Below, one piece after another: positions 47,379 through 61,554 of a stretch of 64,000 nt of DNA. A program made the translations under genes and the position numbers. Origin of the DNA: Tagaea sp. (GTDB lineage: Bacteria > Pseudomonadota > Alphaproteobacteria > CACIAM-22H2); NCBI GenBank assembly GCA_965279565.1, contig OZ257249.1, forward strand, positions 2,256,496-2,320,495, given 5' to 3'. Numbering within the stretch: the stretch's first letter is position 1; each line of letters begins with the position of its first letter. The notes below the pieces were generated by a model. The model was not told where the DNA came from. It searched no databases and saw nothing but the letters and a program-made list of their open reading frames with translations.

Positions 47379-48340
47379 GCGGCCCCCTGCACGCAGGCCC
47401 AGCCGTGATCGCCATCCAGACGGTGCGGCGGCTCGGCAGTGCAGGCCGGCTCGGCCAGCGCGCAGCGGTCGCGGAACGCGCAGCCCGTCACGGTGCCGAT
47501 CAGGGCGGGAATGGTGCCGGGGATCGAGCCAAGCCGTTCGCCGGGCAGCGTGCGGCCGGGGACGGGGATGCATTCCATCAGCGCGCGCGTATAGGGATGC
47601 TGCGGGGCGGCGAACAGCTCCTCCGTTCGCGCATGCTCGACGACGGCACCCGCGTACATGACCGCGACGCGGTCGGCGACGCGCGCGACCACGCCCAGAT
47701 CGTGCGTGATCAGCACCAGCGCCATGCCGAACTCGCGCTGCAGGTCCTTCAGCAGCAGCAGGATCTGCGCCTGAATCGTCACGTCGAGGGCCGTCGTCGG
47801 CTCGTCGGCGACGATCAGGGCGGGGCCGCACATCAGCGCCATCGCGATCATCACGCGCTGGCGCAGGCCGCCGGAAAGCTGGTGCGGATACTGGCCGAGC
47901 CGGTCCCCGGCCGACGCGATGCCGACCTTGCCGAGCAGGAACACCGCGCGTTCGCGCGCCTCGGCCGCCGTCGATCCCTTGTGGCGGCGATGGACCTCCA
48001 TCAGCTGGTTGCCGATCGTGTAGGAGGGGTTCAGCGCGGTCATCGGCTCCTGGAAGATCATCGACATGTGCGCGCCGCGCAGGTCGTTGACCGCCTTGCG
48101 GCCGACCCCGGCCAGATCGATACCGGCGAATTCGAGCCGGCGTGCGCCGCGCGTCGCGGCCTTCGGCAGCAGGCCCATCAGGGCAAGCGCGGTCATCGAC
48201 TTGCCGCAGCCGGATTCGCCGACCAGGCACAGCGTCTCGCCCTTCTCGACCTCGAACGACACGTCGCGCACCGCGTGCAGCGTGCCGGCAGGGACCGCGA
48301 TGTCGACCGTCAGCCCTTCGACCGCGAGAAGCGCGCTCAT
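47375..48340 (-). CDS. Oligopeptide/dipeptide ABC transporter ATP-binding protein (DppD/OppD-type)
   Basis: [25 protein letters not shown]. 4-bp overlap with the downstream ATPase gene. Confidence 0.85.
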   Translation of the reverse strand: MSALLAVEGLTVDIAVPAGTLHAVRDVSFEVEKGETLCLVGESGCGKSMTALALMGLLPKAATRGARRLEFAGIDLAGVGRKAVNDLRGAHMSMIFQEPMTALNPSYTIGNQLMEVHRRHKGSTAAEARERAVFLLGKVGIASAGDRLGQYPHQLSGGLRQRVMIAMALMCGPALIVADEPTTALDVTIQAQILLLLKDLQREFGMALVLITHDLGVVARVADRVAVMYAGAVVEHARTEELFAAPQHPYTRALMECIPVPGRTLPGERLGSIPGTIPALIGTVTGCAFRDRCALAEPACTAEPPHRLDGDHGWACVQGAA

Positions 48341-49230
48341 GCGCGGCCCTCCGGGGCGGCCACGTCGCGAATGCCGTCGCCGACCAGATTGATCGAGAGC
48401 AGCAGCAGGCCCAGGGCCGTTCCCGGGATCGCGATCATCCAGAAGCTGAAGAACATGTAGGCCTTCGCCTCGGAGATCATCAGGCCCCAGCTCGGCAGCG
48501 GCGGCTGCACGCCGAGGCCGAGGAAGGAGAGGGCCGCCTCCAGAAGGATGGCGCTCGCCATCTCCAGCGTGGCGACGACGACGAGCTGCGGCAGGACGTT
48601 GGGCACGATCTCGCCCAGCACGATGCGCGTGGTCCCCGCACCCGCCGCGCGCGCGGCGGCGACATAGTCCTGGCTGCGCGCCTGCTGGGTGGCCGCGCGC
48701 ATGACGACGGCGAAGCGGTCCCATTTGAGCAGGCCGAGCACGAGGATGACCACGCCCAGCGATCCGCCGACGAGGGCCACGACCGCAAGAGCCACGAGCA
48801 CGACCGGCATGGCGAGGCGCGTCGTCACGAGGAAGCTGACCGCCATGTCGGTCTTGCCGCCGAAGTAACCCGCCAGCAGACCCATCGTGCTGCCGATCAG
48901 GCCCGAGACGAGCATGACCGAGAAGCCGATCAGCAGCGAGACGCGCGCCCCGTAGATCGTGCGGGAGAGATAGTCGCGCCCGAGATTGTCGGTGCCCAGC
49001 GGATGCAGCCACGTGCCGCGCTCGTGCCAGATCGGCGGGACGAGGCGCGCGGACAGGTCCTGGAAGTAGGGATCGTGCGGCGCGAGCCACGGGGCGAGCA
49101 GCGCGCAGGCGAAGGCGAGGGCAAGCAGGAAGGCGCCGAACAGCAGCCCTGCATGGCCGAGGATCCGCCGGCGCAGAATCTCGCCGTGCGTCGGCGTCGC
49201 GAACTCGGCGATGGCGGGGATGTCGGCCAT
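48337..49230 (-). CDS. Peptide ABC transporter permease (DppC/OppC-type)
   Basis: Binding-protein-dependent transport permease. N-terminal OppC-like domain. Confidence 0.85.
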   Translation of the reverse strand: MADIPAIAEFATPTHGEILRRRILGHAGLLFGAFLLALAFACALLAPWLAPHDPYFQDLSARLVPPIWHERGTWLHPLGTDNLGRDYLSRTIYGARVSLLIGFSVMLVSGLIGSTMGLLAGYFGGKTDMAVSFLVTTRLAMPVVLVALAVVALVGGSLGVVILVLGLLKWDRFAVVMRAATQQARSQDYVAAARAAGAGTTRIVLGEIVPNVLPQLVVVATLEMASAILLEAALSFLGLGVQPPLPSWGLMISEAKAYMFFSFWMIAIPGTALGLLLLSINLVGDGIRDVAAPEGRA

Positions 49231-49231
49231 G

Positions 49232-50149
49232 TCAGGCGACCCTGAGACGCGGATCGAGCCACGCGTTGACGATGTCCGCCGCCAGCGTGAGCAGGATGTA
49301 GACGACCGACAACAGCAGCACGACGGCCTGCGTGGTCGGGAAGTCCTTGTAGGTGATGCTCTGGTAGGCGAGATAGCCGAGCCCGTCGAGCGCGAAGATC
49401 GTCTCGATCACGATCGAACCGCCGAGCAGGAAGCCGAGCTGTACGGCCGCCAGCGCCACGACCGGGATCATCGCGTTGCGCAGCGCGTGCTTCATCACGA
49501 CGCTGGCGGGCGACAGGCCGTTGGCGCGCGCCGTGCGTACATAGTCGGCCGCCAGCGTCTCGATCATGCCGGCACGGATCAGGCGCATGAAGGCGGGGGC
49601 GGCGTAATAGCCCAGTGCGATCGTCGGCATGACGAAATGCTGCCACGTGCCGGAGCCCGACACCGGCAGCCAGCGCAGCGTGATCGAGAAGAGCAGGATC
49701 AGGCAGAGCGCGAAAAAGAAGTTCGGCAGCGCCTGCCCGACGACCGACACCGCAAGGCACAGCCGGTCGACCCAGCTGTTCGGGAACAGGGCCGCGAGCA
49801 CGCCCAGCGGGAACGACACGACGAGCGCGAAGGCCAGCGACAGCACGCCGAGGACCAGCGTGGTCGGCAGCTTGTCGGCGACGAGATCGACGACGCTGGT
49901 CTTGAAATAGAGCGACTTGCCGAAATCGCCCCGCAGCGTCTGGCCCAGCCACTCTGCGTACTGGACGAGAAGCGGCCGGTCGAGCCCGTAGGTCTGCCGG
50001 ACCAGCTCGATGTCGGCCGAGCGCGCGCCCTCGCCGGCGATGGCGAGGGCGACGTCGCCCGACAGGCGAAGCAGCACGAAGCTGATCGCCGAGACCGCGA
50101 AGGCCACCGCAACCGCGACGAGAAGCCGCCGTGCGGCGAAGCCGAGCAT
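49232..50149 (-). CDS. Peptide ABC transporter permease (DppB/OppB-type)
   Basis: MLGFAARRLLVAVAVAF... typical DppB with an EAA loop. Confidence 0.85.
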   Translation of the reverse strand: MLGFAARRLLVAVAVAFAVSAISFVLLRLSGDVALAIAGEGARSADIELVRQTYGLDRPLLVQYAEWLGQTLRGDFGKSLYFKTSVVDLVADKLPTTLVLGVLSLAFALVVSFPLGVLAALFPNSWVDRLCLAVSVVGQALPNFFFALCLILLFSITLRWLPVSGSGTWQHFVMPTIALGYYAAPAFMRLIRAGMIETLAADYVRTARANGLSPASVVMKHALRNAMIPVVALAAVQLGFLLGGSIVIETIFALDGLGYLAYQSITYKDFPTTQAVVLLLSVVYILLTLAADIVNAWLDPRLRVA

Positions 50150-50161
50150 CGCGCCTTGCCG

Positions 50162-51679
50162 TTACTTCCAGCGGGTCTCCCAGAAGCGCGGGATCTCGTC
50201 CGGGTAAGGCTTGAAGGCGAGGTCCTTCGAGTAGACGTAGAAGGTCGTCAGCGAATAGAGCGGGACCGCATAGGCCTTCGCGGCGATCATCGCCAGCGCG
50301 TCGCGGTAGGCGACCTTGCGCGCGTCCGGATCGACCGAGTTGTCGCCCTTGGCCAGCAGGTCGCGCACGTCCGGGTCGCGAGTCACGTCGTCGTCTTCGA
50401 ACTTGTAGTAGACGGGCGTGCTGGCCGACACGTCGTTGACCGAGAACGAGCCCCAGGTCTGGTGCGCGAAGCCGGCCGTGCTCGCGCGCATCTGCTCGCG
50501 GAACGCGGCGTACTGCATGAAGCGCAGGTTGGCGCGGATGCCGACGGCACGCAGGTAGCCGATCATCGCCTCGGCCTGGTTGCGTTCGCGATACGAGTAG
50601 AGATCGACGTCGAAGCCGTTGGGGAATCCGGCTTCCGCGAGCAGGGCCTTGGCCTTGGCCGGATCGTAGGCGTAGACCTGCGCCCCCTGGTCGGTACAGC
50701 CGAACTGGCTCGGGAAGCAGATCGTGTTGAGCACGCGCGCCCCTTCGCCGACGAGGTTCTTGACCATCGCCGCACGGTCGATCGCGTGGTTGATCGCCAT
50801 GCGCACGCGCGGGTCGCGGAACTGCGGCACCGGCGACTTCTCGGTCGAGGCCATCTGCAGGAAGACGATGCGCATCGTCTCGCCGCTCTCCACCGTCAGC
50901 GTCGGCACCGCCTTCATCGGCGCCGCCTGGTCGGGGGCGACGTTCATGATGAATTCGAGGCCGCCCGAAAGCATCTCGGCGACCTGCGTCTGGCGGTCGG
51001 GGATGAAGCGGATGTCGACCTTGTCGATGGTCGGCTGCGGCTTCGGGCTGTCCTTGAAATAGTCGGGGTTGCGCTCGAGGCGCAGCTGCTTGCCCTGCGC
51101 GTGCTCGACGACGCGATAGGGGCCGGTGCCGACCGGCTTCTCGTTCATGCCCTGCGGGCCGACCTTGGCATAGTACTCGTTCGCGTGCATCGCGATCGGG
51201 CCGGCCAGATACTCGATCGCCGCCGGGAAGGTGCGCTTCAGCAGGATGCGGACCTTGTGCTTCGAGACCTTCTCGGCCTTGTCGATCCAGTTGACGTTCT
51301 GCTGCGTGGTCGACTTGTTGGCCGGGTTCGACACGAAGTTAAGCGTGTAGACCACGTCGTCGGCGTCGAACTCCTCGCCGTTGTGGAACTTGACGCCGGT
51401 GCGCAGGTCCAGTTCCAGCGTCTTGGGGTCGATCCAGCGCCAGGCGGTGGCGAGCTGGCCCTTGTATTCGTTGGTCTTCGGGTCGCGGTAGATCAGCGTG
51501 TCCCACACGTGGTGGGCGATGATCACGCCGATGCGCACGTTGTTGAAATAGGGGTCGACGTTCTCCGGCACCTGGTCGTAGGCGAAGCGGATCGTGTTGT
51601 CGCGCTTGGCGGCATCCGCCGGAGCGGCAAGGGCGGCGACCGCGAGGGCGGCAGCGCAGAGAACGCGGAAATTCGGCAT
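50162..51679 (-). CDS. ABC transporter substrate-binding protein, family 5 (peptide/nickel/opine)
   Basis: Signal peptide MPNFRVLCAAALAVAALAAPADA. 505 aa. Strong AAGGAGG RBS before ATG 51679. Confidence 0.85.
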   Translation of the reverse strand: MPNFRVLCAAALAVAALAAPADAAKRDNTIRFAYDQVPENVDPYFNNVRIGVIIAHHVWDTLIYRDPKTNEYKGQLATAWRWIDPKTLELDLRTGVKFHNGEEFDADDVVYTLNFVSNPANKSTTQQNVNWIDKAEKVSKHKVRILLKRTFPAAIEYLAGPIAMHANEYYAKVGPQGMNEKPVGTGPYRVVEHAQGKQLRLERNPDYFKDSPKPQPTIDKVDIRFIPDRQTQVAEMLSGGLEFIMNVAPDQAAPMKAVPTLTVESGETMRIVFLQMASTEKSPVPQFRDPRVRMAINHAIDRAAMVKNLVGEGARVLNTICFPSQFGCTDQGAQVYAYDPAKAKALLAEAGFPNGFDVDLYSYRERNQAEAMIGYLRAVGIRANLRFMQYAAFREQMRASTAGFAHQTWGSFSVNDVSASTPVYYKFEDDDVTRDPDVRDLLAKGDNSVDPDARKVAYRDALAMIAAKAYAVPLYSLTTFYVYSKDLAFKPYPDEIPRFWETRWK

Positions 51680-51747
51680 CGATGGACCTCCTTGGGGGAT
51701 GGCCCGATGGTGCGGGCCGCACCCCCGGCGAGTCAAGCGATCCGGGC

Positions 51748-53085
51748 CTAGACGGCGACGGAATGCCGGGCTTCGCCGCCGTCGAGGTAGGAATCGAAGG
51801 CCGAAGCGACGATCCGCGCGAAACTGCGCGCGTATGGCGGAATTTCGATCCGCGTGCCCTCGCGCGTGCACAATCCTTCGGCGGCGAACCGGTCGATGCG
51901 CGCCAGCGCGTCGGGGAAGCGGGTCTCGGGCGCCAGCGCGTCGAGATCGACAGACATGTCGCACATCAGGCGCACGATGATCTCGCGGCGGACGCGGTCC
52001 TCGGCGGTCAGTGCGGTACCGCGCGCGACCGGCAGGGCCTTGCCCTCGACCGCGGCACGCCATTCGTCGAGCCGCGTGTGGTTCTGCGCGTAGCCTTCGC
52101 GGAACGCGGCGATGGCCGACGGCCCGAAGGCCAGCAGTGTTTCCGACCGGTCGGTCGTGTAGCCCTGGAAGTTGCGCGCCAGCCGCCCTTCGCTTGCGGC
52201 CACCGCAAGCTCGTCGTCGGCACGCGCGAAATGGTCGATGCCGATGCGCCGGTAGCCGTGCTCGGCGAGGCGTGCGTGCGCGCGCGACATCAGCTTCATG
52301 CGCGCCTCGATTCCGGGCAGGCCGTGCGGCTCCAGCAGTTTCTGGTGCGGCTTCATCCACGGCACGTGCGCGTAGCCGAACAGCGCCACGCGGCTCGCTC
52401 CCAGGTCGGCGACCTTGTCGACCGTCGCGACGATGCTCGTCTCGGTCTGGTGCGGCAGGCCGTAGAGCAGGTCGACGCCGAACTCCGGCAGGCCGGCCGC
52501 GCGCAGGTCGGCGAGACGCGCTTCGACCAGCTCCACGGGCTGGATGCGGTTGATCGCGGCCTGCACGGCCGGGTCGAAATCCTGGATGCCGAGATTGACG
52601 CGCGTGACGCCGGAAGCGACCAGCGTCCACGCCATCTTCGCGTCGAGCACGCGCGGATCGAGCTCGACGTCGAAGCGCGTGTCGACGCCGATCTCGAACA
52701 TCTCGTGCAGTGCGTCGGTCACGCGCGCGAAATCGGCCGGCGACAGCGCGTTGGGCGTGCCGCCGCCGAAATGGATCTGGCCGGCCGGCAGGCGATGGCG
52801 CAGCACCTTGCGCGCATGGCCGAGCTCGCGCAGCAGCGTCTCGGTGAAATTGTGCACGCTCGCGTATTTCGACGCGATCGTCGTGTTGCAGCCGCAGTAC
52901 CAGCAGAGCTGCGCGCAGAACGGCACGTGGACATAGACCGACACGGGCCTGTCGGCCGGGATGTCGGCGTACCATTGCGCGACCTGCGCCGGGCCGACCG
53001 CCTTGGTGAAGTGCGGGGCCGTCGGATAGCTCGTGTAGCGGGGGACCCGCGCCTCGGCGCGGTTGAGGGTTTCCTGCGTCAGCAT
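51748..53085 (-). CDS. hemN: Oxygen-independent coproporphyrinogen III oxidase (radical SAM)
   Basis: RYTSYPTAPHF N-terminal motif. Radical-SAM CxxxCxxC (CAQLCWYCGC). 445 aa. Confidence 0.85.
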   Translation of the reverse strand: MLTQETLNRAEARVPRYTSYPTAPHFTKAVGPAQVAQWYADIPADRPVSVYVHVPFCAQLCWYCGCNTTIASKYASVHNFTETLLRELGHARKVLRHRLPAGQIHFGGGTPNALSPADFARVTDALHEMFEIGVDTRFDVELDPRVLDAKMAWTLVASGVTRVNLGIQDFDPAVQAAINRIQPVELVEARLADLRAAGLPEFGVDLLYGLPHQTETSIVATVDKVADLGASRVALFGYAHVPWMKPHQKLLEPHGLPGIEARMKLMSRAHARLAEHGYRRIGIDHFARADDELAVAASEGRLARNFQGYTTDRSETLLAFGPSAIAAFREGYAQNHTRLDEWRAAVEGKALPVARGTALTAEDRVRREIIVRLMCDMSVDLDALAPETRFPDALARIDRFAAEGLCTREGTRIEIPPYARSFARIVASAFDSYLDGGEARHSVAV

Positions 53086-53119
53086 GGGGCGAACATGCGC
53101 CCGCCCGCCGGCCTGCGCG

Positions 53120-53133
53120 CTGATCTAGGTCAA
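53120..53133. promoter_or_regulatory. FNR/FixK-type anaerobox cTGAT-CTAG-GTCAA upstream of hemN
   Basis: Matches TTGAT-N4-ATCAA at 8 of 10 positions, 35-48 bp upstream of the hemN ATG. hemN is a classical FNR/FixK target. Confidence 0.4.
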
Positions 53134-53137
53134 TCGG

Positions 53138-53995
53138 TCAGCCGGCCAGCGCGCATTCGACGAATGCGCGCAGCAGCGGCTGTTCGCGCCGCTCGGCAAG
53201 GCAGCAGGCATATTCGGCGACCTCGAGCGTGGCGTCGGCGAATGGCAGGGCGGCGAAGCGCGGGTCGGGGCCCAGCTCGTTCTCGAACACAATGCCGGTG
53301 CCGAAGCCGGCGGCGACCGCCTCGCGCACGCCCTCGCGCGTGGCGATCTCGACGATGCGCGCCGGTGCGAGGCCCGCCTGAGCGATGGCCGCCTCGAAGC
53401 GCTCGCGCGTCGCCGAACCGCGTTCGCGCAGGACCAGCCGCTGGCCCGCGACCTCCGCCAGCGTGGGCAGGCGGCGCTTGCGCGCGGAATGCGACGGCAC
53501 GAAGGCGACGAGCCGGTCGCTGCGCAGGCGCGTGACCGACAGGCGCGGATCGGCGACGGCGCGGGCCATGATCCCGATATCCGCCTCGTAGGCGAGCAGG
53601 CTGCGTACCACCTCGTCGGAATTGCCGATGGCAAGCGCGAAATCGAGGCCGGGCACGCGCTTTTCGAGTGCCCCCAGCACGGCGAGCGCGTGCGCCGGCC
53701 CGTCGGCCGCCACGCTGAGGAAGGCGCGCGAGGGCGCGTCGGTGCCGGCGACGACGGCTTTCGCTTCCTCGGCGAGTTCGAAGAGCCGGTCCGCGACGTC
53801 GAGCAGGCGGCGGCCGAGGCGGGTCAGCCGCACCTGCCGGCCGCGCCGGTCGAACAGCGCCACGCCATAGGTGCGCTCCAGCGCCTTCACCTGCGCCGAC
53901 AGCGTGGGCTGGCTGACGCGCGCGGCACCCGCGGCCCTGCTGAAGCCGCCGGCACGCGCGACGAGGCGAAAGGCGCGGAGCTGGACGAGGTTCAT
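53138..53995 (-). CDS. LysR-family transcriptional regulator
   Basis: N-terminal HTH LVQLRAFRLVARAGGFSRAAGAARVSQPTLSAQVKALE. Divergent from phnW. Confidence 0.8.
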   Translation of the reverse strand: MNLVQLRAFRLVARAGGFSRAAGAARVSQPTLSAQVKALERTYGVALFDRRGRQVRLTRLGRRLLDVADRLFELAEEAKAVVAGTDAPSRAFLSVAADGPAHALAVLGALEKRVPGLDFALAIGNSDEVVRSLLAYEADIGIMARAVADPRLSVTRLRSDRLVAFVPSHSARKRRLPTLAEVAGQRLVLRERGSATRERFEAAIAQAGLAPARIVEIATREGVREAVAAGFGTGIVFENELGPDPRFAALPFADATLEVAEYACCLAERREQPLLRAFVECALAG

Positions 53996-54097
53996 CTATA
54001 GATAAATCCGATTTGAAACATAGCCATTATGTATTGGACCTATGGATAGGGCAAGGGCGATGCTTGGCGATCCTTTCCAGAACGAGGAACGCCCGAG

Positions 54098-57947
<3,850 letters not shown>

Positions 57948-57978
57948 CGGATCGGGCTTCCCACGCGCGGGTGCCGGG

Positions 57979-57996
57979 CTGTAACCTTTCCGTAAC
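57979..57996. promoter_or_regulatory. Pho box CTGTAAC-CTTT-CCGTAAC upstream of phoX
   Basis: Two 7-bp direct repeats with a 4-bp spacer (11-bp periodicity), 20 bp upstream of the phoX ATG. Confidence 0.45.
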
Positions 57997-58015
57997 AAAA
58001 GACGGGGAGGGGCCC

Positions 58016-59956
58016 ATGCACGATCCTGAGAACGATTTCGAACCGGAAGACTTCGGCGTCGAACGCCCGATGGCGACGACGTTTTCGGCCATCGCCGAAT
58101 CGCGGCTTTCGCGCCGCGCGGCACTGCTCGGTGCCGCCGCCGCCGGTGCGCTCGCGGCTGTACCCGCCGCAGCCCAACGGCGCGGATCGAGCCTGACCTT
58201 CAAGGACGCGCCCGTCGTCTATGACGACAAGTCGCGCGTCGCCGAGGGCTATCGCGAGCAGGTCGTCGTGCGCTGGGGCGACGCGCTGTTCGCCGACGCG
58301 CCCGCCTTCGACCCGCAGCGCCAGACCGGTGCGGGGCAGGAGCGCCAGTTCGGCTACAACTGCGACTTCACGGCCTTCATGCCGCTGCCGCTGGGCTCGA
58401 AGAGCTCGACGCACGGCCTGCTCTGCGTCAACCACGAGTACTGCAACAGCAACCTGATGTTCCCGGGCGTGAACGCGCGCGGCAACATCAACAAGGAGCA
58501 GTGCGAGATCGAGATGTCGGCGCACGGCCTGTCCGTGGTCGAGGTGAAGAAGGAAGGCGATTCCTGGAAGATCGTCCAGGGCCGCTACAACCGCCGCCTC
58601 TCGATGTCGGGCATGGCGTTCCGCGTGGCGGGGCCCGCGGCCGGCCATCCGCGCCTGCGCACCAAGGAGGATCCGACCGGCACGCTCGTCATCGGCACGC
58701 TCAACAACTGTGCTGGCGGAACCACGCCGTGGGGCACGGTCCTGACGGGCGAGGAGAACTTCAACGGCTATTTCGGCGGCGACGCGTCCAAGACGCCCGA
58801 AGCGCGCAACCACCGGCGCTACGGCGTGCAGGCCTTCAACGGCGCGCCGTGGTCGAACCATTTCGAGCGCTTCCAGGTCGAGAAGTCGTGGAACGAACCC
58901 AACCGCTTCGGCTGGGTGTGCGAGTACGACCCCTATGATCCGAACTCGTCGCCGGTGAAGCGCACGGCATTGGGCCGCTTCAAGCACGAGGGTGCCACCT
59001 GCGTGGTCTGCCCGGACGGGCGCGTGGCCGTCTATTCGGGCGACGACGAACGCTTCGAATATGTCTACCGCTTCGTCACGGCCGGGAAGTTCGATCCGAA
59101 GAACCGCGCGGCCAACCGCCACCTGCTCGACGACGGCGTCCTGTCGGTCGCCAGGTTCGAGGCGGACGGCACGATGCGCTGGCTGCCGCTGGTCTTCGGG
59201 CAGGGGCCGCTCACGGCGGCGAACGGCTTCGAAAGCCAGGCCGACGTGCTGATCGAGGCGCGCCGCGCGGCCGATCTGCTCGGCGCCACGCCGATGGACC
59301 GGCCGGAAGACGTCGAGACGAACCCGGTCACGGGGTGCACCTATATCGCGTGTACCTACAACGAGCGTCGCGCGGCGGCCGATGCGGCGGACGCGCGCAC
59401 GCGCGTGAACGCGGCCAACCCGCGCGTCGACAACCGCACGGGCCAGATCGTCGAGCTGATCCCGCCGGGCGGGCGGGGTGCCAAGGCCGACCACGCCGCC
59501 GGCGTCTTCCGCTGGGAGCTCTTCATCCTCGGCGGCGATCCGGCCGATCCGAAGTCGGGGGCGAAATACGGTCCGGACGTGTCGGCCGAAGGTTGGCTCG
59601 CGGCACCCGACAATATCGGCTTCGATCCCAGGGGCCGCATCTGGATCTCGACCGACGGGATGCCTACGCAGGCCAACCCGCCGCGTCCCGACGGCGCCTT
59701 CGGTGCCGACACCGAGGGACCCGGCCGCGCGGTCACCAAGCGTCTCTACGCCGCACCGTCGGGCGCGGAAGTGTGCAGTCCGTGCTTCACACCGGACGGG
59801 CGCACCGTGTTCCTCGCCATCCAGCATCCAGGCGAGGCGCGCGGCTCCACGTTCGACACCCCATCCTCGCGCTGGCCGGATTTCCGGCCGGGCATTCCGC
59901 CGCGTCCGTCGATCGTGGCGGTCGAACGCATCGACGGCAAGGAGGTCGGCACATGA
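58016..59956 (+). CDS. phoX: PhoX-family alkaline phosphatase (DUF839 beta-propeller), Tat-exported
   Basis: Tat signal [22 protein letters not shown]. Conserved [50 protein letters not shown]. Confidence 0.85.
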   Translation: MHDPENDFEPEDFGVERPMATTFSAIAESRLSRRAALLGAAAAGALAAVPAAAQRRGSSLTFKDAPVVYDDKSRVAEGYREQVVVRWGDALFADAPAFDPQRQTGAGQERQFGYNCDFTAFMPLPLGSKSSTHGLLCVNHEYCNSNLMFPGVNARGNINKEQCEIEMSAHGLSVVEVKKEGDSWKIVQGRYNRRLSMSGMAFRVAGPAAGHPRLRTKEDPTGTLVIGTLNNCAGGTTPWGTVLTGEENFNGYFGGDASKTPEARNHRRYGVQAFNGAPWSNHFERFQVEKSWNEPNRFGWVCEYDPYDPNSSPVKRTALGRFKHEGATCVVCPDGRVAVYSGDDERFEYVYRFVTAGKFDPKNRAANRHLLDDGVLSVARFEADGTMRWLPLVFGQGPLTAANGFESQADVLIEARRAADLLGATPMDRPEDVETNPVTGCTYIACTYNERRAAADAADARTRVNAANPRVDNRTGQIVELIPPGGRGAKADHAAGVFRWELFILGGDPADPKSGAKYGPDVSAEGWLAAPDNIGFDPRGRIWISTDGMPTQANPPRPDGAFGADTEGPGRAVTKRLYAAPSGAEVCSPCFTPDGRTVFLAIQHPGEARGSTFDTPSSRWPDFRPGIPPRPSIVAVERIDGKEVGT

Positions 59957-60378
59957 GCATCCTGCAGGAATTCAAGGATTTCGCGTCGCGCGGCAACGTC
60001 GTCGACCTCGCGGTCGGCGTCATCATCGGGGCAGCGTTCACGGCGATCGTCTCGTCGCTGGTCAACGACGTGTTGATGCCGCCGCTGGGCGTGCTGATCG
60101 GCGGGGTCGATTTCTCGAACTACTTCGTCGTGCTGTCGACCACCGCCGCGGGCCCGTTCCCCAGCATCGACGCGGCGCAGAAGGCGGGCGTGGCCACGCT
60201 CAACTACGGGCTGTTCATCAACGCCTGCATCAAGTTCGTCATCGTCGCGTTCGCCGTGTTCATCCTGGTCAAGCAGGTGAACCGGCTGAAGAAGCCCGAT
60301 GCGCCCAAGGCTCCGTCCGGGCCGCCGCGCAGCGAAGTGCTGCTCGAGGAAATCCGCGACGCGCTGAAGGCGAAATAG
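59953..60378 (+). CDS. mscL: Large-conductance mechanosensitive channel
   Basis: [44 protein letters not shown] is canonical MscL. The ATG overlaps the phoX stop (ATGA). Confidence 0.9.
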   Translation: MSILQEFKDFASRGNVVDLAVGVIIGAAFTAIVSSLVNDVLMPPLGVLIGGVDFSNYFVVLSTTAAGPFPSIDAAQKAGVATLNYGLFINACIKFVIVAFAVFILVKQVNRLKKPDAPKAPSGPPRSEVLLEEIRDALKAK

Positions 60379-60382
60379 CCCT

Positions 60383-61552
60383 TCAGGCGAAAGCGGTCCC
60401 GTGCGAAAGCGCGGGGATGCCGAGATGGCGGGCGAGCGACTGGCCGATATCCGCGAAGCTTTCGCGGATACCCAGATCGCGCCCGCCGATCCCGGGGCCG
60501 AACCAGATCACGGGCACGTGCTCGCGCGTGTGGTCGCTGCCCTTCCAGGTCGGATCGCAGCCATGGTCGGCCGTCAGCACCGCCACGTCGCCGGGGCGCA
60601 GCGCCGCGCGCACGTCCGGCAGCCGCACGTCGAACGCTTCGAGTGCGGCGGCATAGCCGGCCGCGTCGCGCCGATGCCCGAACAACGTGTCGAAATCGAC
60701 GAAGTTGGTCATCGTCAGGCTGCCGTCGGGCGCATCGGCGATTGCCTCCAGCGTGCGGTCCATCAGGGCCGCGTTGCCGTCGGCCTTCACCTCGCGCTTC
60801 GTGCCGTGATGCGCGTAGATGTCGCCGATCTTGCCGATCGCGATGGTCTCGCGGTCGGCCGCGACCAGCCTGTCGAACAGCGTGGGTTCGGGCGGCGAGA
60901 TCGCGTAGTCCTTCCGGTTGCCGGTGCGTTTGAACGCACCCGGCGCTTCACCGACGAAGGGCCGCGCGATCACGCGGCCGATGTTGTACGGGCGCACCAG
61001 CTCGAATGCTACCTTGCAGACGTCGAGCAGCCGGTCGAGCCCGAAATGCGTTTCGTGCGCCGCGATCTGGAACACGCTGTCGGCCGACGTGTAGACGATG
61101 GGCTTGCCGGTCGCGATGTGTTCGGTACCCAGCTCGTCGAGGATCTGCGTACCCGAAGCGTGCCGGTTGCCGAGCACGCCGGGCAGGCCGCAACGCTTCG
61201 CGAGCGCGTCGGTCAGCTCGGCCGGGAAGCAAGGGACGGTCTCGGGGAAATAGCCCCAGTCGAACGTGACCGGCACGCCGGCCATTTCCCAGTGGCCCGA
61301 CGGCGTGTCCTTGCCGCGCGAAAGCTCGCGCGCGGCACCGTGCCACGCCTCGGGGGCGGGGCCGGAATAGGGCAGGCCCGTCGCCGTCGCGTGCGCGGCG
61401 TCCAGGCCGAGGCGCACGAGGTTGGGCACCTTGGGCGCATGGCGCTTCCGGATGCTGCCCCAGGTGTCGGCACCCGTGTCGCCGAAGCGCGCGGCGTCCG
61501 GCGTGGCACCGATGCCGAATGAATCCATCACGAGGACGAAGGCGCGGGCCAT
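60383..61552 (-). CDS. deoB: Phosphopentomutase
   Basis: [30 protein letters not shown] is a canonical DeoB N-terminus. 389 aa. Confidence 0.85.
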   Translation of the reverse strand: MARAFVLVMDSFGIGATPDAARFGDTGADTWGSIRKRHAPKVPNLVRLGLDAAHATATGLPYSGPAPEAWHGAARELSRGKDTPSGHWEMAGVPVTFDWGYFPETVPCFPAELTDALAKRCGLPGVLGNRHASGTQILDELGTEHIATGKPIVYTSADSVFQIAAHETHFGLDRLLDVCKVAFELVRPYNIGRVIARPFVGEAPGAFKRTGNRKDYAISPPEPTLFDRLVAADRETIAIGKIGDIYAHHGTKREVKADGNAALMDRTLEAIADAPDGSLTMTNFVDFDTLFGHRRDAAGYAAALEAFDVRLPDVRAALRPGDVAVLTADHGCDPTWKGSDHTREHVPVIWFGPGIGGRDLGIRESFADIGQSLARHLGIPALSHGTAFA

Positions 61553-61554
61553 GC

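Noticed and set aside
49211-51751. 846-aa plus-strand ORF over the DppB and substrate-binding-protein genes
   Set aside because: Antisense artifact with R/D/E/G-rich composition.
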